Part shown: one piece after another, positions 56,886 to 64,000 of the stretch | Numbering within the stretch: the stretch's first letter is position 1 | Layout of the letters: each line of letters starts with the position of its first letter | Assembly (NCBI GenBank): GCA_041489155.1 | Contig: JBGPQP010000003.1 | Location: forward strand, 23,297 to 87,296 | DNA from: Candidatus Aenigmatarchaeota archaeon | GTDB taxonomy: Archaea > Aenigmatarchaeota > Aenigmatarchaeia > QMZP01 > QMZT01 | Direction of reading: 5' to 3' | Length of the DNA stretch: 64,000 nt | The notes under the pieces: model-generated | Database searches by the model: none | What the model was told of the DNA's origin: nothing | Seen by the model: the letters and a program-made list of their open reading frames with translations, nothing else | Made by a program: the position numbers and the translations under genes

Positions 56886-57422
56886 TTAATAAGGCACATT
56901 CTTAAGATTCAGAAGATACGCCACGAAGTTCGCTGACAGATGGATTATCGGCGTCATTACCAGAAGTATAACAATCCATTCCCATTTTAATGCGACCACA
57001 AGGCTAGCGAAGACAAGCATTCCAGCTATGAAGTCGAGTTGGTCCAGCAGCGGCGCCGGCCTGCCGCGTGCGATGCCAAGACGTCTTTTTATCGCTGAGC
57101 CTCCGATGTCGCCGAGCATCGCGCCGAGGCCCATCACGAAGCCGAGCAGCGGTGTCATGGGAACGATATCGAGCAGAACAGGCGACAGGTTCCATGGCAG
57201 AAGCGGAGCGACGAACATCTGGAACATCGCGACGAGCATCGCGACAATCACTCCTAGCGCCAGACCTTCCCACGTTTTGCCTGGTCCAAAAATCTGCTTG
57301 CCCCGCCACGTGCGCCCGCCATCTATCGCTCGTTTTCCTTTTGCAAGCATGCATAATCCGTTCGCTCCGTAGGCAGGCCACATGAGCCAGACGGCTTCGA
57401 CGAACGTGTAGATGTCTATCAT
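56886..57422 (-). CDS. carS: CDP-archaeol synthase
   Basis: 178 aa, five TM segments. WPAYGANG...GKQIFGPGKTWEG and LGDIGGSAIKRRLG match the CarS (DUF46) pattern. Confidence 0.8.
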   Translation of the reverse strand: MIDIYTFVEAVWLMWPAYGANGLCMLAKGKRAIDGGRTWRGKQIFGPGKTWEGLALGVIVAMLVAMFQMFVAPLLPWNLSPVLLDIVPMTPLLGFVMGLGAMLGDIGGSAIKRRLGIARGRPAPLLDQLDFIAGMLVFASLVVALKWEWIVILLVMTPIIHLSANFVAYLLNLKNVPY

Positions 57423-58351
57423 AATGCCAACAACCCAGCGAGTTTATCTATGTTTTCAATAACATATTTTGGCTTAGCTGTCTTTAATTTACCGGCGAGT
57501 TTAGGGTCGGCCAGTGCCTTTTCATCAACAGGCATCGAAACCCCGTCTATCGTCCTCGCGTCAGCCATGTGCAGCGAGCCGAGAGGAACGCGCGCCAGCT
57601 TGCCGGACGGCGTCTGTGAAGGGTCGATGCTCAGAACCTTTGGAAGCTTTTCATGGCCTCCCATTACGTTTATTTTCAGTTCTTTCTTTATCTGTTCTGC
57701 CCATCTGCCGGTGAAGCTCGCGAGTGGGTCGCTCTTTGAGAACATGAAATATTTGTCATAGAATGAGCCAGGCCTCGGTTTGTCGAGCATTATGTAAACA
57801 TGGAAAGAGCTGCCCGTCCAGGAAACGAACGGTTCGGCTTTGCCAATCAACTTTGCCAGGTTCTCGTCTTTCCTGACAATCTCGCAGAAAGCTTTTGTGA
57901 CCTTTTGTGCCGTTTCAAGAAGAACGCCTTCACCTCTGTCCATGTCGAAGAATATGCGGTCTATCGGCTTTCCTGCGCCTTCGCAGTTCGCCGCATAGAA
58001 AAAATCCATGAGCTTGCGCGGAGGGAAGTAGGACCATACCAGTTTCTGCTTTTCAGTAAGCTGATTCTCAACGTCCTTGAGATGATGCTTGCCGCGAACT
58101 TCGAGGAACTCCGGTGTTATAGCCTCCACGAAATCTTCGATGAACAGCTTCGGTTTGTTGGAGCCGCGGTTCAGGAAATATTTTATGTTACCCTGCGGCA
58201 GCCATACTTTCGATGCGAGTTCCTTGCCGTGCAGGAATTTTTTCAGTTTCTCGCCAGCGATTCCATAGAGCAGGAGGACGTCGATATCTCCGTATGGCCT
58301 TACCACGTCCTTAACCTCTTTTGCTAGGCTTGAAAGTGAATTCATGGTCAT
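57419..58351 (-). CDS. Archaeo-eukaryotic primase superfamily polymerase (LigD PolDom-like)
   Basis: 310 aa. AEP motifs I IFFDMDRG (DxD), II SWTGSSFHVYIML (SxH) and III VLSIDPSQ. ATGA overlaps with both neighbouring genes. Confidence 0.6.
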   Translation of the reverse strand: MTMNSLSSLAKEVKDVVRPYGDIDVLLLYGIAGEKLKKFLHGKELASKVWLPQGNIKYFLNRGSNKPKLFIEDFVEAITPEFLEVRGKHHLKDVENQLTEKQKLVWSYFPPRKLMDFFYAANCEGAGKPIDRIFFDMDRGEGVLLETAQKVTKAFCEIVRKDENLAKLIGKAEPFVSWTGSSFHVYIMLDKPRPGSFYDKYFMFSKSDPLASFTGRWAEQIKKELKINVMGGHEKLPKVLSIDPSQTPSGKLARVPLGSLHMADARTIDGVSMPVDEKALADPKLAGKLKTAKPKYVIENIDKLAGLLAL

Positions 58352-58719
58352 AATCTAACCTTGAAAAACAGCCAGTTTTTCGCCCCGGCTTTCTTGAATT
58401 TCAGCAGCACGTATTCGCCGCGCAGCTTCTTGCCGTTCATTCTGACGACGATTTTGTCATCAGTTTTTTCAACAAGGTCATACGTCCCCCTGTCCCAGAT
58501 TTTCACCTTGCCTGCGCCATAGCTGCCTTCTGGTATCGTGCCCTCGAACTTCGCATACGCCAGTTCATGGTCTTCGACCTGAATGGCCAGCCGCTTTACA
58601 TTCGGCTCGAGAGGCGGCTCTTTCGGGACAGCGAAACTCTTCAGAGCGCCGTCCATCTCAAGGCGCAGGTCCCAGTGGAGATGCTTCGCATGATGCTCAT
58701 GCACGACAAATACGGGCAT
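58348..58719 (-). CDS. LigD-type 3'-phosphoesterase (PE) domain protein, stand-alone
   Basis: 123 aa. FVVHEHHAKHLHWDLRLEMDGALKSFAVPKEPP...VEDHELAYAKFEGTIPEGSYGAG is collinear with the LigD PE domain signature (FVVQ.H.A..LHYDFRLE..GVL.SWAVPKGP...VEDHP..Y..FEG.IP...YGAG). Confidence 0.85.
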   Translation of the reverse strand: MPVFVVHEHHAKHLHWDLRLEMDGALKSFAVPKEPPLEPNVKRLAIQVEDHELAYAKFEGTIPEGSYGAGKVKIWDRGTYDLVEKTDDKIVVRMNGKKLRGEYVLLKFKKAGAKNWLFFKVRL

Positions 58720-58762
58720 CTTTAAGTTTTATATAATGAATATAAAATAATCGGTATTATAT
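58720..58762. promoter_or_regulatory. Divergent promoter region (PE operon / tRNA-Ala)
   Basis: TTTATATAA at about 58728-58736 lies roughly 27-35 nt upstream of the tRNA 5' end. Its AT-rich complement (TTATTTTATA, 58741-58750) lies about 22-31 nt upstream of the PE ATG at 58719. Confidence 0.4.
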
Positions 58763-58834
58763 GGGCTCGTAGCTCAGGGGTAGAGCGCTCGGCTCGCATC
58801 CGAGAGGCCTCGGGTTCAAATCCCGACGAGTCCA
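58763..58834 (+). tRNA. tRNA-Ala (anticodon CGC)
   Basis: 72 nt folds as a cloverleaf. Acceptor GGGCTCG/CGAGTCC contains the G3:U70 Ala identity pair. D arm GCTC/GAGC, anticodon stem CTCGG/CCGAG with loop CT-CGC-AT, 5-nt variable loop, T arm TCGGG-TTCAAAT-CCCGA, discriminator A. No encoded CCA and no intron. Confidence 0.92.
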
Positions 58835-58873
58835 TATATTTTAAATAGACGATTCAAAGTTAATGGAAATCAA

Positions 58874-59587
58874 GTGGTTTTTATGACCAAATTCCTTTAC
58901 GTGACCGATGTACATGGCACCGTAGAAATCTATGAAAGGATGTTCGAGCTGGGCAAAGCGAAGGACATCGATTTCCTGGTTTTCGGCGGGGACATAACCT
59001 CAGGCAACGACCCGAACGGCCAGAGATTCTTTCTCGGGTTTTACCTAGTGAAAAGGCTGAAGGAGTTCACGAAGCAGAGGAAGAAGCCGGTTTTCATAAT
59101 GATGGGCAACGACGATTTTTCATCCAATGCCCGCATGCTCAAGAAGGCAGGCAGGCAAAAAATCGCGAACATACTGCACAACAGGTTTTTCAGGGATGAT
59201 GGCATCAATATCGCAGGCTACCCCTTCATAAACCCCACGCCCTTCCTTCTGAAAGACTGGGAAAAGAGCGAGAAGGAGATTGCGAGGGATCTTGAAAAAT
59301 TGTCCGCAAAGCTCGAGCCCGAGAAAACGATTTACGTATTTCACGCGCCGCCTTACGGAACGAAGCTCGACATCCTTTGCAACGGCCAGCACAAAGGCAG
59401 CAAAGCGGTCCTGGGCTTCATAAAGAAGAACCAGCCCGTGCTGACGCTGCACGGCCACATACACGAAGCTCCCGAGGTTTCCGGGACGATGAAAGAGAAG
59501 ATAGGCAGGACGCTCTGCATCAATCCAGGCAACGGGAAAATAATATCAGTCGACCTCGATGGCATGAAATTAAAAGAAATGCAGTGA
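58874..59587 (+). CDS. Calcineurin-like metallophosphoesterase
   Basis: 237 aa with motifs VTDVHG, GGDIT, GNDD and HGHIHE. The first ATG is at 58883; 58874 is GTG. Confidence 0.75.
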   Translation: MVFMTKFLYVTDVHGTVEIYERMFELGKAKDIDFLVFGGDITSGNDPNGQRFFLGFYLVKRLKEFTKQRKKPVFIMMGNDDFSSNARMLKKAGRQKIANILHNRFFRDDGINIAGYPFINPTPFLLKDWEKSEKEIARDLEKLSAKLEPEKTIYVFHAPPYGTKLDILCNGQHKGSKAVLGFIKKNQPVLTLHGHIHEAPEVSGTMKEKIGRTLCINPGNGKIISVDLDGMKLKEMQ

Positions 59588-59645
59588 AAGATAATTTTTT
59601 AAAGCGTTTTTCCAATTTTTAACGGGTTGATTTGTTGTGGTGAAG

Positions 59646-59768
59646 ATGTCTGAGTTGATTGAAAAAAGCATCTGCAGGAAATGCGGCATAGTTTTCAAAC
59701 GCGCCAGCGAATGCCCGAGGTGCGGCAAGAGCGACGGGCTCGATGTTTACTTCGAGGCGAAGGAATAA
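59646..59768 (+). CDS. Possible 40-aa zinc-ribbon protein
   Basis: Below the track cut-off. My translation is MSELIEKSICRKCGIVFKRASECPRCGKSDGLDVYFEAKE, with a CxxC...CxxC pattern. It fills the gap between two + strand genes. Confidence 0.4.
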   Translation: MSELIEKSICRKCGIVFKRASECPRCGKSDGLDVYFEAKE

Positions 59769-59800
59769 GGTTTATTTCTGGGTAGCAATATAATATAATA

Positions 59801-60049
59801 ATGGTATTCCAGACGCTGAACAAATTGAAATGGACTGGCAAGCTTGACAGGGCCGTTATAGTTTTCATACACAGGGGAGCGGAAAACGACAGGAAAACTA
59901 TTCATGGGCATCAGCTCACAAGCATAAAAAAGTCGCATTTCTGTTACAAGGATAGGGGCCGCGAAACCCACATACCGAACCACAGGGTCCTGGAGATACG
60001 CCTGGATGGCGAGATACTATGGAAGAAAAGAACCATTCCAAAAGGATGA
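59801..60049 (+). CDS. UPF0248/DUF504-like small protein
   Basis: 82 aa. LNKLKWTGK...IVFIHRGA...THIPNHRVLEIRLDGEILWKK resembles the conserved archaeal DUF504 pattern. Confidence 0.55.
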   Translation: MVFQTLNKLKWTGKLDRAVIVFIHRGAENDRKTIHGHQLTSIKKSHFCYKDRGRETHIPNHRVLEIRLDGEILWKKRTIPKG

Positions 60050-60516
60050 TAACCTGCTTCAAATTCCCGGAGGAGGGCAGGTCGCTCAGGAAATGGAAGA
60101 AGGTCCGCCACCCGCTGAGGGTCCTCTTCAACTACATGGTAATAACCGCGTGCAAATTCCTTCCCGACATCGAATTCAAGAACCGTCTTTACAGGAGGAC
60201 GGGCATGAAGATAGGTAAGAACGTAAAGATATACGGTTCCAATCTCGACGTATTTTTCCCCGAATTGATAGAAATAGGCGACAACTGCACCATAGGCTCT
60301 TTCACATCCATCCTGACCCACGAATTCGTCAACGGCCATTACACGAAAGGGAGAGTGAAGATAGGCAGCGATGTTCTCGTGGGGACGATGACTCTTGTAC
60401 TCCCGGGCGTTGAGATAGGAAATCGCGCGAAGATTGCCGCATACTCGCTGGTGAACAAAAGCGTGCTGCCCGACGCCTTCGTAGGCGGAGTGCCCATAAG
60501 AGAGATAGCTACATGA
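60046..60516 (+). CDS. Hexapeptide-repeat (LbH) acetyltransferase
   Basis: Track ORF is 60019..60516. The ATG at 60046 gives an ATGA overlap with the upstream stop. Hexapeptide repeats: IGDNCTIGSFTSIL, VKIGSDVLVGTMTLVLPGVEIGNRAKIAAYSLV. Confidence 0.75.
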   Translation: MITCFKFPEEGRSLRKWKKVRHPLRVLFNYMVITACKFLPDIEFKNRLYRRTGMKIGKNVKIYGSNLDVFFPELIEIGDNCTIGSFTSILTHEFVNGHYTKGRVKIGSDVLVGTMTLVLPGVEIGNRAKIAAYSLVNKSVLPDAFVGGVPIREIAT

Positions 60517-61127
60517 GATTCGGGAAATTCTCGGAGCTCTCCGGAAGAATTCTGGGCAACAAAAAAATTCTGCTTTTTCTTGCAATAGCCAATATCGCCG
60601 GCTTTTTTGCAGGCATCTATTTTTACCGGGAGCAGTTGGCGGGCTCGAACCCGCTGCTCTGGATAGTCATAATGGACTCGCCGATCTCCGTCCTCCTTTT
60701 TGCCGTTGTCTGCATGCTCCTTTATTTCAACAAAAAAATACCCGAAGCGCTCAAGCTTTTCGCTTCCGTATACGTGATAAAATACGGCATCTGGACGATG
60801 CTTACGCTCTGGCTCTACCGGAGCAATTACGTCATCCCGGTAGACCAGATTATAGGCGTTGCGGATTTCATTCTTCACTTCGGCATGGTGCTGGAAGGCA
60901 TTGTGCTGATCCCCAAAATCAGGCCGAGAATCCGCGATACTCTGGTCGCGCTCTTGCTTTGCCTCACAAATGATTTCTTCGATTACTTCCTAGGGACAGT
61001 CACGAGAATACCGACGACGTACATAGACTTTCTTATGCTGGAAAGCTTCGCGGTGAGCATCATTTTAACGCTTTCTATTTTTATCTGTCAAAGAACGGCA
61101 GGCTCGAAGGCAAGCTCGAAATTGTAG
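60513..61127 (+). CDS. DUF1405-like membrane protein
   Basis: 204 aa, about 5-6 TM segments, with an MDSP motif after TM2. ATGA overlap with the upstream gene. Confidence 0.5.
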   Translation: MRFGKFSELSGRILGNKKILLFLAIANIAGFFAGIYFYREQLAGSNPLLWIVIMDSPISVLLFAVVCMLLYFNKKIPEALKLFASVYVIKYGIWTMLTLWLYRSNYVIPVDQIIGVADFILHFGMVLEGIVLIPKIRPRIRDTLVALLLCLTNDFFDYFLGTVTRIPTTYIDFLMLESFAVSIILTLSIFICQRTAGSKASSKL

Positions 61128-61939
61128 AGCCGCTGGAGCCTGGGACTGAATTTTAGCAGATCCCTGCTTCCGTCTAGGATGCTTTCCAGAACTTTCCCGC
61201 TTATCGGGATGTAAGAAGTGTGGCTTCCTGACACTAGCCTTCTTGTCTTTATCTGCCTCTCGTTCAAGCCTATTTCAGGAGTTGAAAAATTTACAAGCTG
61301 GAGATTTTTTGCCGCAAAATCCCTTGCCTCTTCCGGAGTAGGCCGTGACAGAAAATTCAGCACCCAATATTGTTTTGGTATTTCGCTATCAGGATTCGCT
61401 TTTGCTGAGAAAAGAACGGCTGTTGCGTCACGCTCAAGCTTCTTCACTTTTGCCACGTCTTCATCCTCCAGGACCTCGTCGCATGTAGCTAACCTAAACA
61501 AGTCTGTCCTGTAATCCGGCATTTCAAGAGTTTTCGCCTTCGCCTTACGCCCGCATGACCTCGGTAGACCCATGCACTTCAGAAGCCTCGCCATGTATGC
61601 CCCGCCTTCTTCTGCCATGGACAGCACCGACCCGTGATTTCCCTTTGTCGGCTTTATCTTTGTTTTCAGACTCAGTTTTTCCATTATGTTCTTTTCTATG
61701 CGCTCAAGCGTTTCTTCATTGCCCGATATGTTAACGTCCTTTCTCGCGACGCAGCCGGAGTAGAATGCGAAATTGGCCAGGACGTTAAGGAAACTGAAAT
61801 TCCCGTCAACATAGAGAGGGAGCAGTCCCCTTTCTTTGAGAAATTTGTAGCATGCAGTGGCATATTTACAATTGGGCCTGTCGTAAGTGCCTTCTATGAC
61901 ATCAAAGGGTGAAACAAGCGAATAATTTCTCAATTTCAT
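61088..61939 (-). CDS. Hypothetical protein with a possible degenerate LAGLIDADG-like segment
   Basis: 283 aa. FLNVLANFAFYSGCV lines up with LAGFFDGDGCV-type motifs but lacks the acidic residues. ARLLKCMGLPRSCGRKA resembles the GLP..KK connector of the gene at 38622. See findings. Confidence 0.45.
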   Translation of the reverse strand: MKLRNYSLVSPFDVIEGTYDRPNCKYATACYKFLKERGLLPLYVDGNFSFLNVLANFAFYSGCVARKDVNISGNEETLERIEKNIMEKLSLKTKIKPTKGNHGSVLSMAEEGGAYMARLLKCMGLPRSCGRKAKAKTLEMPDYRTDLFRLATCDEVLEDEDVAKVKKLERDATAVLFSAKANPDSEIPKQYWVLNFLSRPTPEEARDFAAKNLQLVNFSTPEIGLNERQIKTRRLVSGSHTSYIPISGKVLESILDGSRDLLKFSPRLQRLYNFELAFEPAVL

Positions 61940-61972
61940 TAAAAGACGTTTCGTGCAAGTTTTAAATTCCCA

Positions 61973-63007
61973 TCATTTTCCAGAGCAGGAAACCCTGAAG
62001 TTCTCGCCGTGCTCTCTGACAGCGAATTTCGAGCCCAGGAATTTCTCGCACAGCCAGATGTTGGTCTTGACGTGCTCCGTGAGGTCGGGTATGAGGATTT
62101 CGGATTTGCCGTGGGCGAGCGCCATGAAAGGAATCAGCTGGTCGGCGAGATGAAACCCGACCGTCGAGCCGTAGTCCATTTCTTCCTTAAGCTTGAACGC
62201 AGCCTCCTCGCCGACGACCTCCGCCGGCTTCCTCTCCTCGCCGACATGATCGCCCGAAAGGATGCAGCCCGTCGAGGTTTTCGCCCAGACGACGAAGACG
62301 GAGCCAGGAGATTTCGCTTCAACATAAAGCGGCTTTATCTCGACTCCCTTCTCCTTCCTTATTATCCTGTGGTAGCCTGCTATCTGGCGTTCTGCAACGT
62401 TCCTGTTTTTCAGCGACGAGCTGGCGATGGAAAGGCCGTCTATAGTCTCCACTTTGCCAGGCTCGGTCATTACCAGCGGCAGGATTTTCTTCGCCGGGCT
62501 GATCTCGAACTGCACGTCGCTGCCGCCTTCTGGATAGAAGCCGTGCCTTTTGACTGTGAACTTCGCCTCGATGCCCATCCTTTCAAGGATTGGAAAAAGC
62601 ACGTTCTCAAGATAATAGATGGGTGGCGCCCAGAGACTCGCTGTCGAGCCGCCTTTTATGCTGAGGACGGTTTTGCCGCTGGCCAGAAGCGCGGGGATCA
62701 TTACAGCATAACCCAGGAGGCCGATGGAGCCGGCGGTCTCGATGTTGACATCGAAGCTGCCGTGCTTTATTTTTCCCGGCCTGAATTCGATTTCCTTCGA
62801 GCCGACTTCGTCGCCTTTCAGGCTCGCCGAGCATATCTTTGCGATCGTCCTCACGGCCTCGAGATGCTGGTGGTGCAGGCCGGGGCTCGGCCGTTTCGCG
62901 CGGATGTCTGTTATCTTTATCGGTTTTCCGGTGAGCGCTGAGAAAGCGACCGCAAGCCGAACTATCGTTCCAGAACCGCTGCCGTACTCGCCGGGGATTT
63001 CAAGCAT
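61973..63007 (-). CDS. rtcA: RNA 3'-terminal phosphate cyclase
   Basis: 344 aa with EYGSGSGTIVRLAVAFSALTG and RAKRPSPGLHHQHL (active-site His region). Confidence 0.9.
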   Translation of the reverse strand: MLEIPGEYGSGSGTIVRLAVAFSALTGKPIKITDIRAKRPSPGLHHQHLEAVRTIAKICSASLKGDEVGSKEIEFRPGKIKHGSFDVNIETAGSIGLLGYAVMIPALLASGKTVLSIKGGSTASLWAPPIYYLENVLFPILERMGIEAKFTVKRHGFYPEGGSDVQFEISPAKKILPLVMTEPGKVETIDGLSIASSSLKNRNVAERQIAGYHRIIRKEKGVEIKPLYVEAKSPGSVFVVWAKTSTGCILSGDHVGEERKPAEVVGEEAAFKLKEEMDYGSTVGFHLADQLIPFMALAHGKSEILIPDLTEHVKTNIWLCEKFLGSKFAVREHGENFRVSCSGK

Positions 63008-63055
63008 GATTATAATTTGTCTTGGGAATTAAAAATAGGTTTCATTTTCGGCGTC

Positions 63056-64000
63056 TCATGCAACCTTGAAGGTTTCGCCGTTTTTCGGCGCTTCCGCGTC
63101 GAAGCCCTTCGCCTTCAGCTCCTCGGCGAATTCCGCTGTCTTCTCTCCGTGAACCAGAAGGATTTTCCTCGGGTTGACTTTTTTGTAGAATTCAATCAGA
63201 TGGTCGTGGTCGGTGTGCGCGGAGAAATCAAGGAACTCGATGCGCATCCTTGGCCTGACTTCCAGGTCGCCAGCGACGAACTTGCCCGTGTCGAGAAGCT
63301 TTCTGCCGCCGGTTCCCGGTACTTGGTATCCCGTGAGAATAAGGGTGCAGTCCTCCCTGTCGTACAGGTTGGACAGGTAGCTGACGACAGGCCCGCCGTT
63401 GAGCATCCCTGCCGTGGTGAGAATGGCGCACGGGTTCTGTATTATCCTCTCCCTTTCGCTCGCCCTCGTGACCTTCCTTGCCATGGAAAACGCCTTCTGA
63501 AGTTTCTTGTAATCTCTTATGCTTTTCGGGTGGCGGAGAATCGCCTCCGTCGCTCTTGCGCCCATGCCGTCTATGTAAAGGGGAACGCCCAGGTCATGCA
63601 GGATCATCAGCAGCTCCTGCGTCCTTCCCACGGCGAAAGCGGGAATGATACAAACGCCTCCCGCGTAAACAGTTTCCTGCACCTTTTTTCTGAGCGCGTC
63701 TTCAATCGATTTCCTGTCCGGGTGGTTCATGTACGAGTACGTGGATTCGGATATGAGGACGTCAATGTCCTTGAAGTCCGTGTACGCGCCGTTCATAAGA
63801 TGCGTGCCGAGGAATTTGATGTCGCCCGTGAAAAGCACGCGCTTGCCGCGGCTTTCGAGAAGCGTAGTCGCGCTTCCGGGAATGTGGCCCGCGCTCTGGA
63901 AGCTTACCGAAGAGAGGGTGAAATCGTCTTTTTCGCCCGGCTTGAGGAAAACCGCGTTCTTTTCGAGCTGGCGGATGTCGTCCATCGTGAAATCCAGGTT
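63056..64000 (-). CDS. Beta-CASP family metallo-beta-lactamase RNase (C-terminal ~310 codons). The gene continues beyond the right edge.
   Basis: The SAGHIPGS (MBL motif), ESTY, AFAVGRTQE (beta-CASP motif A region), FSAHTDH and LVHGE motifs are present. The HxHxDH motif must lie upstream outside the window, so the track Met at 63985 is not the real start. Confidence 0.75.
   Translation of the reverse strand, partial: NLDFTMDDIRQLEKNAVFLKPGEKDDFTLSSVSFQSAGHIPGSATTLLESRGKRVLFTGDIKFLGTHLMNGAYTDFKDIDVLISESTYSYMNHPDRKSIEDALRKKVQETVYAGGVCIIPAFAVGRTQELLMILHDLGVPLYIDGMGARATEAILRHPKSIRDYKKLQKAFSMARKVTRASERERIIQNPCAILTTAGMLNGGPVVSYLSNLYDREDCTLILTGYQVPGTGGRKLLDTGKFVAGDLEVRPRMRIEFLDFSAHTDHDHLIEFYKKVNPRKILLVHGEKTAEFAEELKAKGFDAEAPKNGETFKVA

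Noticed and set aside
58763-58834. Possible intron or encoded CCA in the tRNA.
   Set aside because: The 72-nt sequence folds into a complete cloverleaf without extra nucleotides in the anticodon loop. The 3' flank is TAT, not CCA.

Overview
This is a densely coded archaeal chromosomal segment. Archaeal markers include EF-1 alpha, TBP, Kae1, GatD/GatE, CDP-archaeol synthase, a presenilin-type protease, a Hef helicase and Mre11. Sampled host genes run about 45-63% GC. I saw no rRNA, CRISPR array, integrase or transposase.

Core content:
- An almost complete de novo purine pathway: purF, D, N, L/Q/S, M, E, C, B, H, plus purA and guaB.
- Folate genes interleaved with it: folD, folC and 5-formyl-THF cyclo-ligase.
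- ValRS, GluRS and GatDE.
- Several transporters and DNA/RNA repair genes.
- One tRNA-Ala(CGC).

Observations worth a second look:
1. At 49.8-55.1 kb, four cytoplasmic 8-bladed PQQ-like beta-propeller paralogues form a staircase. Each gene lies in the -1 frame of the previous one, and every junction is a 52-nt overlap. All four share conserved head and tail peptides, and the junction DNA is better conserved than the gene bodies. This is my best candidate for an uncharacterised system.
2. Three AT-rich accessory genes are wedged between core genes at 33.7-39.8 kb. They are a GGCT-like/cradle-loop-barrel fusion, a sigma-70-like protein (unexpected in an archaeon), and a double-motif LAGLIDADG+wHTH gene translationally coupled between gatD and gatE.
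3. Stand-alone LigD-type phosphoesterase and AEP polymerase genes are fused by ATGA overlaps into an operon with carS.
4. Textbook catalytic motifs are substituted in several housekeeping proteins: PurF Cys1->Ser, GluRS HIGH->SIGQ, CorA GMN->GNP, Mre11 GNH->GTH.

Every call rests on my own reading of the translations and motifs. No database search was possible.
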